From contig CAVOKF010000008.1 in assembly GCA_963696385.1 (NCBI GenBank), positions 480,001 through 544,000 of the forward strand: a stretch of DNA of 64,000 nucleotides, written 5' to 3'. Shown here in pieces: positions 28,721-40,095 of the stretch (positions within the stretch are counted from its first letter, which is position 1; each line of letters starts with the position of its first letter). The stretch comes from an uncultured delta proteobacterium. Lineage in GTDB: Bacteria; Myxococcota_A; Polyangia; Polyangiales; Polyangiaceae. Both the position numbers and the translations under genes were made by a program. Under the pieces are notes generated by a model, which was given only the letters and a program-made list of their open reading frames with translations, was not told the origin of the DNA and ran no database searches.

Positions 28721-28738
28721 TGTCAATGCACGTTGACA
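28721..28738. promoter_or_regulatory. Palindrome TGTCAA-N6-TTGACA, probable hicAB operator and -35 element
   Basis: Perfect 6-bp inverted repeat 30 nt upstream of hicA; arms equal TTGACA. Confidence 0.55.
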
Positions 28739-28930
28739 GAAAGCGCGCCTCCTCGAAAGGCGAGCACGGCGCCGCGAAAGAAGATTCGAGGCGAACCGCT
28801 CACGGACGAAGACCGCGTACGGCTCGCGAGCGACACTCGCAAGCCCGGGCCGGGCGTCACGTTCACCCAAGAGCAGGTGACCGCCCTGCTCGCGGCGCGA
28901 GCACGCTCGCCGGCCGCTCCCCACTCGACC

Positions 28931-30227
28931 TCATTTCACGACCGGATTGCTGGCGACAAAGGGCGCGCGAACGTGCAGTGGCTTTGCGCCGAGCGCACGC
29001 GGAATGGGAGGAAAGGGAGCGGCGCGACGGATGGCCTCCGCGCAGTTGCGATCGAATTCGTCGACGCCGCTCGGACGAAAGGGGGGCCATGCGACCGAGA
29101 CTCGGCCGTCCGGAAAGACCGTGAAGTCGAGGATGACCGTGCCTTGCCGCAGATCGAAGAGCGCGCTCTTGGGAAAAGCGTCGGCCCAAAGGGGATCGAT
29201 GCGTCCGTGAAGTTGTCGGAAGTAGGAAATCAGGCCCGGGTCGTGGGTCCAGTAGTCGACTGTATCGCCATCCGCGCCCCGGAGCGGCCGTGCGGCCGAG
29301 CTCGGGCCGCTCAGTCCGCCGGCACCGGCGACGCCCCCGCCGCCGCTGCCACCCTCGCCGTCGCCCGGCAGGCCGCCCGCCGTGCTGGCGTGAATGAGCG
29401 ACTGAACCGTCGTCGCCACCTCTTGTTCGCTGTCGAGATCGTCGAGCGGCCGGGCCCGGTCGATCGCCGGGACTGCGACGGGACCGGCGACAAGGGCGGG
29501 ACGGGACAGGCCGACAGGCGCCGACCGGCGGTGATCGCGCAGACCCGGCGCAGAGTCGGGTAAGCCCTCGCCCGCCGACGTTTCGATCGCGCCGACTCGG
29601 GTGCCTCCCGGCAAGGCGCGGGCCTCCGGATCGTCGGACGGCTGAACGAGCGACCCCGACGCCGCCACGCCCCGATCGCTCGGCGCCGACGGCTGCTCGA
29701 GCCCACGGTTTGGCCGCGTTGCCGCCCAAGTCCGCCGCTCGCGCACCGACCCCGGACCCGTGGTGACGAGAGTCAACTCCGCCGGATGCGTCGTCGAGCG
29801 GCGGTCCTCCCAGGAGAATCGGGCGCGCGCCACGCGCAGACGCTGAAGCTGGTCGCGGTCGAGTCGATTGACCAGAATCGGGCGACCGTCGCATCGGCTC
29901 GTCGGCGTCGGCCAAGTTGACGGCCGGCGCGATCGCCGTCGATGGGCCGCCGCGACCCGGATCGCCGGTATCGAGGCGCGCGACGGGGTTGGCGACGGGC
30001 GCATGCGGGGAATCGTCGAAGGCATCGATCGACGTCGGATCGACGGCGATGCTGTCGTCGCCCGTCGTCGTCGGCGGCCACGCGCCACGATCGGACCGAT
30101 CGGACTGGCCTGCGGGCGAAGACGCCAGCCGGTGCGCGCCGGCCCATAGCGAAGCCATCGCGGCGCCGTGCAACGCGATCGACACGATCCAGGTGAGCCC
30201 ACGTCGCTTTCCGATGAACCGGACCAC
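28931..30227 (-). CDS. TonB/TolA C-terminal-domain membrane protein; frameshift at about 29875-29879
   Basis: N-terminal TM SIALH; C-terminal QGTVILDFTV..DG..SGVDEFD..AIRRAAPFPPIP; start uncertain. Confidence 0.75.
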
Positions 30228-30326
30228 GCCTACGAGCGCGAGCCTCTGGGTGGGACCCCACTTGTGCCGTTGCACCCCCAGAGGGTGGCCCGGCCCCTGT
30301 CGAAGCGCCAGGGCCAGCCCACCCTC

Positions 30327-31181
30327 TCACCCGGTTTCGGACGCCACCTCGGCGGCTCGATCGGGCTGTCGGGCGAAGGACTTGCCGAATCGGCGCTCGG
30401 TGTTGGCCAAGGTCGCTCGGCCGAACGCATCGGGCGACACGCCCCGGAGATCGGCGACATAGCGGGCCGTGTGGACGACGAACGCCGGTTCGCAACGCTT
30501 TCCCCGCATCGGCACGGGCGCGAGAAAGGGGCTATCGGTCTCGACGAGCAGTCGGTCGAGCGGCGCCCACGCCGCGACGTCTTGAATGGCCCGTGCGCCT
30601 TTGAACGTCACGATGCCCGAAAGCGACAAATCGAAGTCCGAATCGAGCGCTTGCACGGCAAAGTCACGATCCTCGCTGAAGCAGTGGATGATGCCGCCGA
30701 CGTCGCGGGCGCCCTCGGCCGCGAGGATGGCGAGCGTGTCGGCCGGGGCGGAGCGCGTATGCACGACGATCGGCTTTCTCACCTCGCGCGCAAGGCCGAC
30801 GAGACCCGCGAACGCCGATCGCTGCGCGTCCCGAGGCGAGTGATCGTAGTGGAAGTCGAGGCCGATCTCGCCGATGGCCACCACTTCGGGGAGCCGGGCG
30901 AGCTCGCGCAAGCCCGCATGAATCGCCTCGCTGTAGCCCTGGGCATCGTGCGGGTGGAGTCCGACGCACGCCGCGACCTGGCCTGGAAACCGTCGCGCCA
31001 GATCGACCGCAAACCGAACGGGATCGAGCGGATCGGAGCCGGGAGGGCCGTTCGGGTCCGCGAGCCCGACGACGACCAACCCGACGACTCCGGCCGCCGC
31101 GGCGCGCGTCATGACGGCGTCGGGCCCCTCGGAGAAATGGTGCCGATCGAGGTGGCAGTGGGCGTCGACGAGGGCGAGCAT
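30327..31181 (-). CDS. tatD: TatD family nuclease
   Basis: DAHCHLD, GLHPH, IGEIGLD, IVVHTR, IIHCFS, ETDSPFLAP. Confidence 0.95.
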   Translation of the reverse strand: MLALVDAHCHLDRHHFSEGPDAVMTRAAAAGVVGLVVVGLADPNGPPGSDPLDPVRFAVDLARRFPGQVAACVGLHPHDAQGYSEAIHAGLRELARLPEVVAIGEIGLDFHYDHSPRDAQRSAFAGLVGLAREVRKPIVVHTRSAPADTLAILAAEGARDVGGIIHCFSEDRDFAVQALDSDFDLSLSGIVTFKGARAIQDVAAWAPLDRLLVETDSPFLAPVPMRGKRCEPAFVVHTARYVADLRGVSPDAFGRATLANTERRFGKSFARQPDRAAEVASETG

Positions 31182-31237
31182 ACGCGAGGCCGGCCAAGGG
31201 TAGCCCGACCGGTTGGGGGCTGCTAACGATCGGCCGC

Positions 31238-31730
31238 GTGGCGAGTGCACTGCGGGTATTCGCTCAACAGGCGGGCGATCGGGTCGACATCGACGCATGG
31301 AATGCCCACGCCGAGCGGTTCTTCGCCACGCGAATCGGGTTGGCGGATCCCCCGACCCCTCGCGCCGCCGAGCCCGGATCGAAGGTCGACGCCCCGCCGC
31401 GTCTCGTCTCGACGCACCCCATCCGCTTCGTCGTGGCCCCGCAACGCGGATCCCCGGGCATCCGCACGGCGTCGGTTCGGGTGCGCGAACCCGAGGATTC
31501 TCGCGCTCGCCGAGCAAGCCGACGCCCCTCTGGGCCCCACCGGCTTGGTGCGGCTCGCACGCCGCTGCGAAGCCGTCTGGCTGGTCGAACGGCCGGAACC
31601 GTCCGATGCCCTGGGATGGTTGCTCGCCACCATCCTGGCGAGCGTTTTGCTCGGGCCCATTTTGGACCCCGACTCCTGCTCCCTTTTCGGAGTGAAAACG
31701 GCGCGCGCCAAGATCGAGGCGGCGCGCTGA
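31238..31730 (+). CDS. Hypothetical protein; frameshift at about 31496-31500
   Basis: Two ORFs join into one (…EPEDLALAEQ…LASVLLGPIL…) that fills the gap between tatD and prkA. Confidence 0.6.
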
Positions 31731-31731
31731 T

Positions 31732-33987
31732 TCACACCGCGAGATCGTGGAAGCGCTTTCGCATCAGCGCGCTCGCCGCATCCGCCGCGCAATTGCGGCA
31801 GTAGCCGAAGCGTTCCGACATGCGTTCGATGGTGGCTTGCGCGTCGCGGCGCCGCTCCCCGTCGAGACCGACGCCTTCGTCGCGGACCACGACCACCACA
31901 TCGCGCGCGAGGCGTGCCACGGCCGGGCGCCTCTCGCCGAAGATGGCCTCGCGCATCCGGCGGATGTGCTGCGGGAAGACGACCGACGTGTCGACCTTCT
32001 GACCGGGGTGGTCGAGGGCCCACGCCGCGATGCCGCTGATGAGTTGACGCCGCCAATCCTGCGCGTCGCTCTTGACGTCGAGCAGCCGCTCGACCTCGGT
32101 CATCACCTTCTCGTCCGGCTCTTCGTGCTTTTGGGTCACCCGATTGAAGAGACGTTCTTTTTTGACCCAGGCGCTCACGTGCTGCACGTATTTCTCGAAT
32201 AGACCGGCGTACTGCTCCTCTCGAACGACGCCGCTCGCGACGTACAGCTCGTATTCCCAGGCGGCGAGCAACCGGGTGCCGATCGTCTCGCGAAACACCT
32301 TGGCGTCGTGGTAGCCGCCGATGATCGGATCCTGCTGCAGCCAATCGAACTCGTTTTTGCGCTGGCAAAGCGACTCGATTTCATCGAGCACGGCGAGCGG
32401 ATTCAGGCATCGAAACGCCGGCGACTGAGCCGCATCCAGCAGGGCGATGCGCATCTCGCGCGGGCTGGCGCCTACCCGTCCCTCGTAGATCGGGTAAGCG
32501 TCGCTCTCGGCCCAGATGTCTTTGATCGCCGCACGCAAGACCTTCTGGCTGTCGGCGTCGAGTCGATCGGGGGCCTTGCCGAGTGCGTACAGATCGGCCT
32601 TTTCGACGGCCGTAAGCGTCGACACGATCGCGCCGACCGCGCGAGGGTAGCGGTCGGGATTCGGTTTGCGCATCCGCGTGAAGACCGCGAAGAGCCCCGC
32701 CACTTCGGTCGCGTGCGGCGCCACGTGGCGCCGCACTTGGGGAGCCACGTGCGTGTCGTAGATGAGCTTCTCCTGCTCGTAGCTCTTGAGGTACGGCACG
32801 CGCGCCAGATCGAGACGGCCGCGAAAAGAGGCAAATTCCGGATGCTCGCGAAACGCGTCGAGATGCAGTTCGTTCGCGCTGCCCATCATGACGCAGTTGA
32901 GCTGGACGTTCTGCGACGGTAGAGCGACTTCGCCCGTCTCCACCGAAAGCTGAAGGTACTTGAACGCGTCGAGCGGCCGCTTCAACAGATCGCTGAACTC
33001 GAGTACGCCTCCGGCGGCGTCGACCAGCTCGCCCCGGGTCTCGAACAGCGTGACGGCCTGCAACGAAGCCGGCAGCGATTGCAGGGATCGATCGATCGTG
33101 ATCTGCCGCTCGGCCGCGTCGACGCTCAGCTGCGGTCCGACCGTCACGGCGCCGACGCGGTAGCGGCGCGAGATGAAGTACCGCTCGACCTGCACGTGCT
33201 TGAGCACTTCGGCATACGACCCGCCGTACGAAGCCAGAAGCGCTTCGAAAACCTGGCGGCTCTTGTGCGAGAGCTGGCCGCGCAGGATCCAGTCGTTGGG
33301 CGGTTCGGCGGCGCCGACCCGCTTGTACCCCGCTTCCAGCAGCTGGCGGCGCTCGGGAACGGGGATGAGAAAGAGCGGGTGATCGCGCACGTCGACCCAT
33401 AGCTTCGCGTCAATCTGGCCGTCGGTGAGATGCGCGTACGAATCGGCGCCCTTGCCCTTGCCCGACTCGTGACCGAAGCCGAGCGCCCCACGAACGATCT
33501 TCTGCGACGGAAATACCCAGTGGAAACAGTAGAGAGCGCCCTCGTCGAGAATCGAGTAGTTCTCGAGCGCGGCCATGACGCACCCCGCGATCGTCGATTT
33601 CGCCGATCCGTTCGGTCCGTGCAGCAGGACGAGCCGGTTGGGCCGACCCTCCCGGACGAAGTTGGACAGCGCTCGGTAGATCTCCTCCTGGACGTGTTCC
33701 TGTCCGACGAGAGCCCCCCGAGGAAGGCTCGTCACAGACTCCCACGGCAGGTCGAAAAGATTGAAACGCCTGAACGTCCCCCATGGGTGCACGACGGTCG
33801 TGTGACCGTAGTGATCGAACGCGTCGCGCAGGTAGCGACTCGCGTCACGAGAGTGACGGACCGGGTCGGTATCGAAAAGATCGAGGAATTCGGCGAACGC
33901 GAGGACACGCCGGCCGGCCCGGAAGCGCTCCTCGACGTGCTCGGCGATGGCCATGACCTGCGACGCGGCGTCGCGCGGCTCGCTCAT
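31732..33987 (-). CDS. prkA: PrkA/YeaG-family AAA+ serine protein kinase
   Basis: LHGPNGSAKST, GVLEFSDLLKRP, MGSANE, RVPY, GASPRE. Confidence 0.9.
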   Translation of the reverse strand: MSEPRDAASQVMAIAEHVEERFRAGRRVLAFAEFLDLFDTDPVRHSRDASRYLRDAFDHYGHTTVVHPWGTFRRFNLFDLPWESVTSLPRGALVGQEHVQEEIYRALSNFVREGRPNRLVLLHGPNGSAKSTIAGCVMAALENYSILDEGALYCFHWVFPSQKIVRGALGFGHESGKGKGADSYAHLTDGQIDAKLWVDVRDHPLFLIPVPERRQLLEAGYKRVGAAEPPNDWILRGQLSHKSRQVFEALLASYGGSYAEVLKHVQVERYFISRRYRVGAVTVGPQLSVDAAERQITIDRSLQSLPASLQAVTLFETRGELVDAAGGVLEFSDLLKRPLDAFKYLQLSVETGEVALPSQNVQLNCVMMGSANELHLDAFREHPEFASFRGRLDLARVPYLKSYEQEKLIYDTHVAPQVRRHVAPHATEVAGLFAVFTRMRKPNPDRYPRAVGAIVSTLTAVEKADLYALGKAPDRLDADSQKVLRAAIKDIWAESDAYPIYEGRVGASPREMRIALLDAAQSPAFRCLNPLAVLDEIESLCQRKNEFDWLQQDPIIGGYHDAKVFRETIGTRLLAAWEYELYVASGVVREEQYAGLFEKYVQHVSAWVKKERLFNRVTQKHEEPDEKVMTEVERLLDVKSDAQDWRRQLISGIAAWALDHPGQKVDTSVVFPQHIRRMREAIFGERRPAVARLARDVVVVVRDEGVGLDGERRRDAQATIERMSERFGYCRNCAADAASALMRKRFHDLAV

Positions 33988-34150
33988 ACGGCCGAGCGTA
34001 GCACCCCGAGCCGTCCATCGACGCGGGCCACCCGCATCGATCCCCGCCGCACCCCCGGCCGGGCGGCGCACGCCGCGAGCCCGCGACTCCGGCAAACGCC
34101 CACGTCGCCGAAAAGGCCCCCTGCCCCTCCGCGCGGGTGGGGCCCGTCCG

Positions 34151-34678
34151 TCAGCGGACGAGGACCAACGCCGAGACCCGAGGTTGCTCGAGCAAACAGT
34201 TTTGCGCCGAGCAGACGCTCAGCTTGAAGGTGCCCGCGATCGGGGTGGCACCCTTCTGGAGCGGGCTGAATTTCACGATCATGGTTCCGCTCTTGGGGTC
34301 GGATTTTTGCCAATCGCCGGCGGGCTTCGAGAACACATTTTTTCCGGCCGCATCGGTCCCCTCGAACCGGACGGCGGGGGCGTCGTCGGCCTTGAACCGG
34401 TACGGATATTCGTCGTTGACGTGGTAGTCGCCCAACGCCACGAGCTTGAGCGTGAGGCTGCAGCTGGACCCCACCGCGCACGACGCCGGAGCGACCGCGT
34501 CCACGAAGAAGCTCGTAGCGCACGCGGCATGACCGGGGCAGTCGGGCCCCTTCGGCGCCGGGACGGTAGAGGCCTTGGCCGGATCGGCGGCGGTCGCCGC
34601 CTCGCTCTTCTTGCAGTCCGCCGTACCGGCGACGAGGGGCACGGCCAGGGCGAACATCGGAAAGCCGGAGAATTTCAT
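34151..34678 (-). CDS. Lipoprotein with Ig-like (DsbD-N-like) domain
   Basis: Signal ending ADC; YHVNDEYP; GTFKLSVCSAQNCL. Confidence 0.65.
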   Translation of the reverse strand: MKFSGFPMFALAVPLVAGTADCKKSEAATAADPAKASTVPAPKGPDCPGHAACATSFFVDAVAPASCAVGSSCSLTLKLVALGDYHVNDEYPYRFKADDAPAVRFEGTDAAGKNVFSKPAGDWQKSDPKSGTMIVKFSPLQKGATPIAGTFKLSVCSAQNCLLEQPRVSALVLVR

Positions 34679-34709
34679 CGTACCCGATCGCGCTAGCACG
34701 CCGATTCGT

Positions 34710-35516
34710 TCACTTCACGTAGAGCTCGAGCTCGGGACCCGGCAGCGCCGGCATCCACGCGCGCTGTTCGAAGTCGTACCCGACTTCGGGCGACGCGACG
34801 CCGTACGCCGGCCGGGCGGACACGATGCGCGACAAGACGGGATCCCCACGGCCGAATCCAAGATCGGACCCGGCTATCGGCGCCATTTCCAAGGCGATGC
34901 CCGTCGGGCTGCGTCCGGCGGCCACGACGGCGAGTCCTTGATCGTCTGCGCCGCGGCGGCGCCATCGCTGCACGAGGTCGCGGACGTCCAGCCGTACCAC
35001 CGGGCCCGAGGCCGCCCGCACGCGCGTCACCGGCGCGTTCACTTCCTGCACGCGCGGCTGAAGAGCCCACGTGACGGTCGCGCCGTCCCAAGGATCGACG
35101 ACCCGCGCGGCATGCAGCGAAATCAGAGTCGGATCGGTGTCGACGCCGACGGCGCGTTCGAGCACGAGATACGCTTCGACGACGTCCACCTCGGGCGGCA
35201 GCGACACCGCGAAACGAACGAGCAGAAGCGCGCCGTCGCCCCTGCCGAGCCAGGCGATGCCGGCCGAAGCCTCGTGCCCGCGGGCGCCCGGGCGAACGTA
35301 CGCGAGGTCGACCGGCGCAACCAGCAGCCGGCGCGACGACGCGATGGCCGGGATCGCGCCGTGGGTCACGCATCGACCGGCGACGCAAGAGGCCAGGACG
35401 CCGCACTCCGGCTCGTCCAGGCACATCTGGGGGGGCGGCACGCACGCCAAGCTCGATGCGACGCCCCAGGCGGAGCCGGCGAGCCAGAGCACGGCGGCCT
35501 TCCGCATCGCGGACAA
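34710..35516 (-). CDS. Lipoprotein with DNRLRE-like beta domain
   Basis: Lipobox [40 protein letters not shown]. Confidence 0.65.
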   Translation of the reverse strand: MSAMRKAAVLWLAGSAWGVASSLACVPPPQMCLDEPECGVLASCVAGRCVTHGAIPAIASSRRLLVAPVDLAYVRPGARGHEASAGIAWLGRGDGALLLVRFAVSLPPEVDVVEAYLVLERAVGVDTDPTLISLHAARVVDPWDGATVTWALQPRVQEVNAPVTRVRAASGPVVRLDVRDLVQRWRRRGADDQGLAVVAAGRSPTGIALEMAPIAGSDLGFGRGDPVLSRIVSARPAYGVASPEVGYDFEQRAWMPALPGPELELYVK

Positions 35517-35545
35517 CCTACCATCGGTGCTATCCCTCTGCCCGG

Positions 35546-36529
35546 ATGGACGACGCGCTCCTCCGCGTCCGCGACCTCGTCACGAGCTTTCACACCGATC
35601 GGGGCGTGCTGCGCGCAGTCGACCAGGTGACGTTCGACGTGCCGCGGGCGACGACCGTGGCGCTGGTCGGAGAGAGCGGATGCGGCAAGAGCGTCACGGC
35701 GCTGTCGATTCTGCGCCTCGTAACCTCCCCGCCGGGACGAATCGAGTCGGGAACGGTGGAGCTCGAAGGCCGCGACTTGCTGCAGCTCTCGGAGCGCGCC
35801 ATGCGCGACGTGCGCGGCAACCTCGTATCGATGATCTTCCAAGAGCCGATGACGAGCTTGAACCCGGTCTACACGATCGGCTGGCAAATCATCGAGGCCG
35901 TTCGCCTGCATCGGACCCGGTCCCGCCGCGTCGCGCGGGCGCGCGCGATCGAGCTCTTGCACCTGGTGGGCATTTCCGACCCGGACATCCACGTGGACGC
36001 TTACCCGCACCAGTTGTCGGGCGGACAGCGCCAGCGGGCGATGATTGCGATGGCGCTCGCGTGCGAGCCCCGGCTTTTGCTCGCCGACGAGCCGACGACG
36101 GCGCTCGACGTCACCATCGCCGCGCAAATTTTGGGGTTGCTTTCGAGCCTCCAGCAACGGCTCAAGATGAGCATCCTGCTCATCACGCACGACCTCGGTA
36201 TCGTCGCCGAGAACGCCGAGCACGTGGTCGTCATGTACGCGGGACGCGTGGTCGAGGTGGCGCCGGTGCGCGACCTGTTCGCCGCCCCGGCTCACCCGTA
36301 CACCCGGGGCTTGCTCGACAGCCTTCCTCGGCCGAGCGCGCGGCGCACCCACCGGCTCGCCGCGATCGAAGGGATCGTCCCGGACTTGATCGCGTTACCC
36401 ACCGGCTGCCGATTTGCCGATCGATGCGGGATGAAGATCGATCGCTGCACCCAGGAAGAGCCGGATCTGATGGCGTTCGGGCCCGGGCGCAGATCGCGTT
36501 GCTGGCGCGCGTCCGAGGTCTCGCCGTGA
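35546..36529 (+). CDS. Oligopeptide/dipeptide ABC transporter ATPase (OppD/DppD)
   Basis: [32 protein letters not shown]-terminal Cys cluster. Confidence 0.95.
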   Translation: MDDALLRVRDLVTSFHTDRGVLRAVDQVTFDVPRATTVALVGESGCGKSVTALSILRLVTSPPGRIESGTVELEGRDLLQLSERAMRDVRGNLVSMIFQEPMTSLNPVYTIGWQIIEAVRLHRTRSRRVARARAIELLHLVGISDPDIHVDAYPHQLSGGQRQRAMIAMALACEPRLLLADEPTTALDVTIAAQILGLLSSLQQRLKMSILLITHDLGIVAENAEHVVVMYAGRVVEVAPVRDLFAAPAHPYTRGLLDSLPRPSARRTHRLAAIEGIVPDLIALPTGCRFADRCGMKIDRCTQEEPDLMAFGPGRRSRCWRASEVSP

Positions 36530-37563
36530 CCGAGCCGGCCCTTTCGCCTCTCCCCGCGCCGCCGAGCGCCGAAGCGCCCCCGGCTCGCACGCTCGTCGCG
36601 ACCCACGCGGTGTCGAAGTATTTTCCCGTCCGGGGTCGGCTGTTCCGGCGAGGCGAGCGATTCGTCCGGGCCGTCGACGGCGTGTCCCTTCGAGTCCGCC
36701 AGGGCGAGACCGTCGGGCTGGTCGGCGAGAGCGGGTGCGGCAAGAGCACGCTCGGGCGCCTGATCCTGCGGCTCCTCGAGCCGACGTTCGGGCGCATCGT
36801 GTACGACGGGCTGGACATCACGAGACGCTCGCAGCGCGCCCTTCGCCCTCTGCGCCGGCGAATGCAGATCATTTTCCAGGACCCGTATTCGAGCCTCAAC
36901 CCTCGGATGACCGTCCGGGAAGTCGTCGGGGAAGCCATCCGCGTTCATCGCCTGGCCAAGACGCGCGCCCAAGAAGAGGCGCGCATCGTGCAACTGTTGG
37001 AGCGGGTCGGACTTCGCGCCGACGCGATGGATCGTTACCCCCACGAGTTCTCGGGCGGACAGCGCCAACGGATCGGCATCGCCCGCGCGCTCGCGGTCGA
37101 GCCGGAATTCATCGTCTGCGACGAACCGGTGAGCGCTCTCGACGTCTCCATTCAGGCGCAGATCGTCAATTTGCTCGTCGAGCTGCAAGAGACGCTCGGC
37201 ATCTCGTACCTGTTCGTCTCGCACGATTTGCAGCTCGTCCAACACGTGAGTCACCGCGTCGCCGTGATGTATCTCGGCAAGATCGTGGAGCAGGCCCCCG
37301 CGCAAATGCTCTACGAGCGGCCCCGACATCCCTATACGGTGGCGCTGCTCGCGGCGGCTCCGCGGCCGGACCCCGAGCGCAAGCGCGTGCGGCTGGTGCT
37401 CGAGGGAGAAGTCCCTTCCGCCATCGACCCGCCGGCGGGCTGTCCGTTCCATCCGCGTTGCGACCGAGCCGTCGCCGGAACGTGCGACGTGGAAGACCCC
37501 GCATTCGAAGAGATGCCACGGGATTCCGGACATCGGGTGGCGTGTTGGAACCCGGTGCCGTGA
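36526..37563 (+). CDS. Oligopeptide/dipeptide ABC transporter ATPase (OppF/DppF)
   Basis: [41 protein letters not shown]. Confidence 0.95.
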   Translation: MTEPALSPLPAPPSAEAPPARTLVATHAVSKYFPVRGRLFRRGERFVRAVDGVSLRVRQGETVGLVGESGCGKSTLGRLILRLLEPTFGRIVYDGLDITRRSQRALRPLRRRMQIIFQDPYSSLNPRMTVREVVGEAIRVHRLAKTRAQEEARIVQLLERVGLRADAMDRYPHEFSGGQRQRIGIARALAVEPEFIVCDEPVSALDVSIQAQIVNLLVELQETLGISYLFVSHDLQLVQHVSHRVAVMYLGKIVEQAPAQMLYERPRHPYTVALLAAAPRPDPERKRVRLVLEGEVPSAIDPPAGCPFHPRCDRAVAGTCDVEDPAFEEMPRDSGHRVACWNPVP

Positions 37564-37600
37564 ATGCGCCGAGCGACGGCTGGGAGTCGATGAGAACCGG

Positions 37601-38896
37601 ATGAGCCTTCCCGACCACGTCAGCCGCTACGAGGTCGAGGTGCAAATCGGCCAGGGACCCACCGGGCGCGTCTGGCTCGCCCGCGACCCGCTTCTGCGAC
37701 GGCAAGTGGCCATCAAGGTCGCGCGCAACGACCTGGGCCTCGACCGGCAAGCGCGCGAGCGCGCGGCGGATCGCATGCGCGAAGGCGCCTGCGCCGCGGC
37801 GTTCTTGTCGCATGCCGGCATCGTCACCGTCCACGACGTGGGAGACGACGAAGCCACGGGCTTGTTCGTCGTCCTGGAGCTCGCGATCCGTGGCTCGCTT
37901 CGCGAGCCGATGACGCGCGGCCGGATGACGCGACATGAAGTGGCCCAGGTCGCGCGATCGATCGGAATGGCGCTCACCCACGCCCATGCCGCGGGCGTCG
38001 TGCATGGCAACGTGAAGCCCGAGAACGTGTTGTTGGCCGCGACCGGGCCGAAGCTCACCGACTTCGCGGCGGCGCCTCATCCGCCGGACGACGTCGTGGG
38101 CCGGGTGGGCTATGCCGCGCCCGAGTCCTTGTCGTCGGGGCAGATCAGCCCCGCGGGCGACCAGTTTTCGTTGGCCGTGACGTTGCTGGAAGCGCTGACG
38201 GGCCGGCCGGTCTTCACCGGGGCCGACCCCGCCGCCACCTCGGCGCGGGTCCAGTCCGCCAGACATCTCGCGCCCACGAGCCTCGTGCCGGAACTTCGCA
38301 TCTGCCCCCATCTCGACACGATCTTCGATCGTGCGCTCGCCAAGGATCCGGGGCGACGCTTCCCATCGTGCGAGGCTTTCACTCTGGCGCTCTCGGGCGC
38401 ACTCGAAGCCTCGTACGCGCCGATTTTGACCCCGGTCTCGCAGTCGTCCATCGTGCCGCGTACGACGCGCCGGTGGCAGAACGCCGCAGCGGTCGGCGGC
38501 GCGATCGTCATCCTCGGCCTCGTCATCGCCGGTCAGCAGCGGCATGGCCCGGGCGTCTCGCTCAAAAGCGTGGCCAGCGCTTTCGCGGCGACCCTCGGCC
38601 CGCCGCACGTCGAGCCCCACCGCGTCCGGGCGGCGCCAGGGCCTTCGGCCGCGCCCGGGCCTTCGGCCGCGCTACGGCCTTCGACCGCGCCAGGGCCCTC
38701 GGGTGCGGTTTTGCCCGACGCGTCCTCCGCATCGGCCACGGCTTCGCCCTCGGGGCCGGTGCGCGGCGGCGCCGAGGCGGCCACGGCGACGGACACGGAC
38801 ACGGAGCCGCCACAAGGCTCCGGCGAATCGGACGAACCCGCGCCCCAGCCACGCGCAACGACGAACCGGCAGCGCTCGGACGCGAATCAGTTCTAG
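37601..38896 (+). CDS. Membrane Hanks-type Ser/Thr kinase-like protein, probable pseudokinase
   Basis: VAIK, HGNVKPEN (HRD replaced by HGN), DFA, YAAPE, TM helix, Pro/Ala/Ser tail. Confidence 0.85.
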   Translation: MSLPDHVSRYEVEVQIGQGPTGRVWLARDPLLRRQVAIKVARNDLGLDRQARERAADRMREGACAAAFLSHAGIVTVHDVGDDEATGLFVVLELAIRGSLREPMTRGRMTRHEVAQVARSIGMALTHAHAAGVVHGNVKPENVLLAATGPKLTDFAAAPHPPDDVVGRVGYAAPESLSSGQISPAGDQFSLAVTLLEALTGRPVFTGADPAATSARVQSARHLAPTSLVPELRICPHLDTIFDRALAKDPGRRFPSCEAFTLALSGALEASYAPILTPVSQSSIVPRTTRRWQNAAAVGGAIVILGLVIAGQQRHGPGVSLKSVASAFAATLGPPHVEPHRVRAAPGPSAAPGPSAALRPSTAPGPSGAVLPDASSASATASPSGPVRGGAEAATATDTDTEPPQGSGESDEPAPQPRATTNRQRSDANQF

Positions 38897-38963
38897 TGAC
38901 ATGCGGGCGAGGCGCACTAGACTCTGGCCTCCGCCGATGCAGGCTGACACTCCCGCACCCTTG

Positions 38964-39971
38964 ATGACCGAAACCCGCACTCCGTCCGCGCAAGCGCGCC
39001 CCAAAGACGACTTGGACCATTTGGCCAAGCTCTACCGGGACATGTTGCTGATTCGCCGCGTCGAGGAGGAGAGCGCCCGCGGCTACGCGGAGGGCAAAAT
39101 CGGCGGATTTTCGCATTTGTACATCGGACAGGAAGCCGTCGCGGTGGGGGCCATCGCAGCGCTGCGGCCCGACGACTACGTCATCACCACGTATCGAGAC
39201 CACGGCATCGCGCTGGCGAAAGGCATGAGCCCGCGCACTCTTCTGGCGGAGCTCTTTGGCAAGGCCACCGGGTGTTCGAAGGGGCTCGGCGGATCCATGC
39301 ACATGTTCGACCGCGAGCACAACATGCTCGGCGGCTACGGCATCGTCGGCGGTCACATCCCGCTGGCGGCCGGCGTGGCGTTCGCCAGCAAGTACCGGGA
39401 CGACGGCCGAGTCACGGTCTGTTTCTTCGGCGAGGGCGCGGTGAGCATCGGCGGCTTTCACGAGGGATTGAGCCTGGCGGCGCTTTGGAAGCTGCCCATC
39501 GTCTTCGTCTGCGAGAACAACGAATACGCCATGGGCACGCCGCTATCGCGGTCGATGTCGGTCGAGGACGTTTCGCTCAAGGCGCTCGGCTACGGGGTCG
39601 AGCGCGATCGCTTCATCGCCGAGGACGTGCTCGAGGTCGAGCGCCGAATCGGCGAGGCCGTTCGCCGAGCGCGCGAACAGAATTCGCCGACGCTCGTCGA
39701 GGCTCGCACGTATCGGTTCCGCGGCCACTCGATGAGCGATCCCGCCAAGTACCGGACGCAGGCCGAGCTCGACGAGCACAAGCAGCGCGACTCGCTGGTG
39801 CGCGCCCGCACTTCGCTCGCCGAACAGGGCTACGGCGAGGCGCGCCTCGAAGCGTTGGAAAAATCCGTCGAAACCGAAGTCGCCGATGCCGTCAAGTTCG
39901 CCAACGAAAGTCCGGAGCCGGGCATCGAGCTTCTCGAGGCCACGGCGTACAGCGGGCCGTTCGCGTCGTGA
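38964..39971 (+). CDS. pdhA: Pyruvate dehydrogenase E1 alpha
   Basis: GKIGGFSHLYIGQEA, GGSMH, FFGEGA, ENNEYAMGT, YRFRGHSMSDP. Confidence 0.96.
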   Translation: MTETRTPSAQARPKDDLDHLAKLYRDMLLIRRVEEESARGYAEGKIGGFSHLYIGQEAVAVGAIAALRPDDYVITTYRDHGIALAKGMSPRTLLAELFGKATGCSKGLGGSMHMFDREHNMLGGYGIVGGHIPLAAGVAFASKYRDDGRVTVCFFGEGAVSIGGFHEGLSLAALWKLPIVFVCENNEYAMGTPLSRSMSVEDVSLKALGYGVERDRFIAEDVLEVERRIGEAVRRAREQNSPTLVEARTYRFRGHSMSDPAKYRTQAELDEHKQRDSLVRARTSLAEQGYGEARLEALEKSVETEVADAVKFANESPEPGIELLEATAYSGPFAS

Positions 39972-40095
39972 GAAACGCCCGCGGCCGCGACCCCGCCGGT
40001 CGCCCTTGATATCGTCGCCCGCGACAGTCCGAAGCCCGCAGCATTGCCAAGCCCCCGCCGAAGTGACAGGTCCAGCCGGAAACGGAAAAATTGAG

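Noticed and set aside
27869..28930. Prophage or integrative element at the tRNA
   Set aside because: No integrase, and no duplicated tRNA 3' end found
38630..38705. 18-nt repeats in the kinase tail (APGPSA)
   Set aside because: Ordinary low-complexity linker coding
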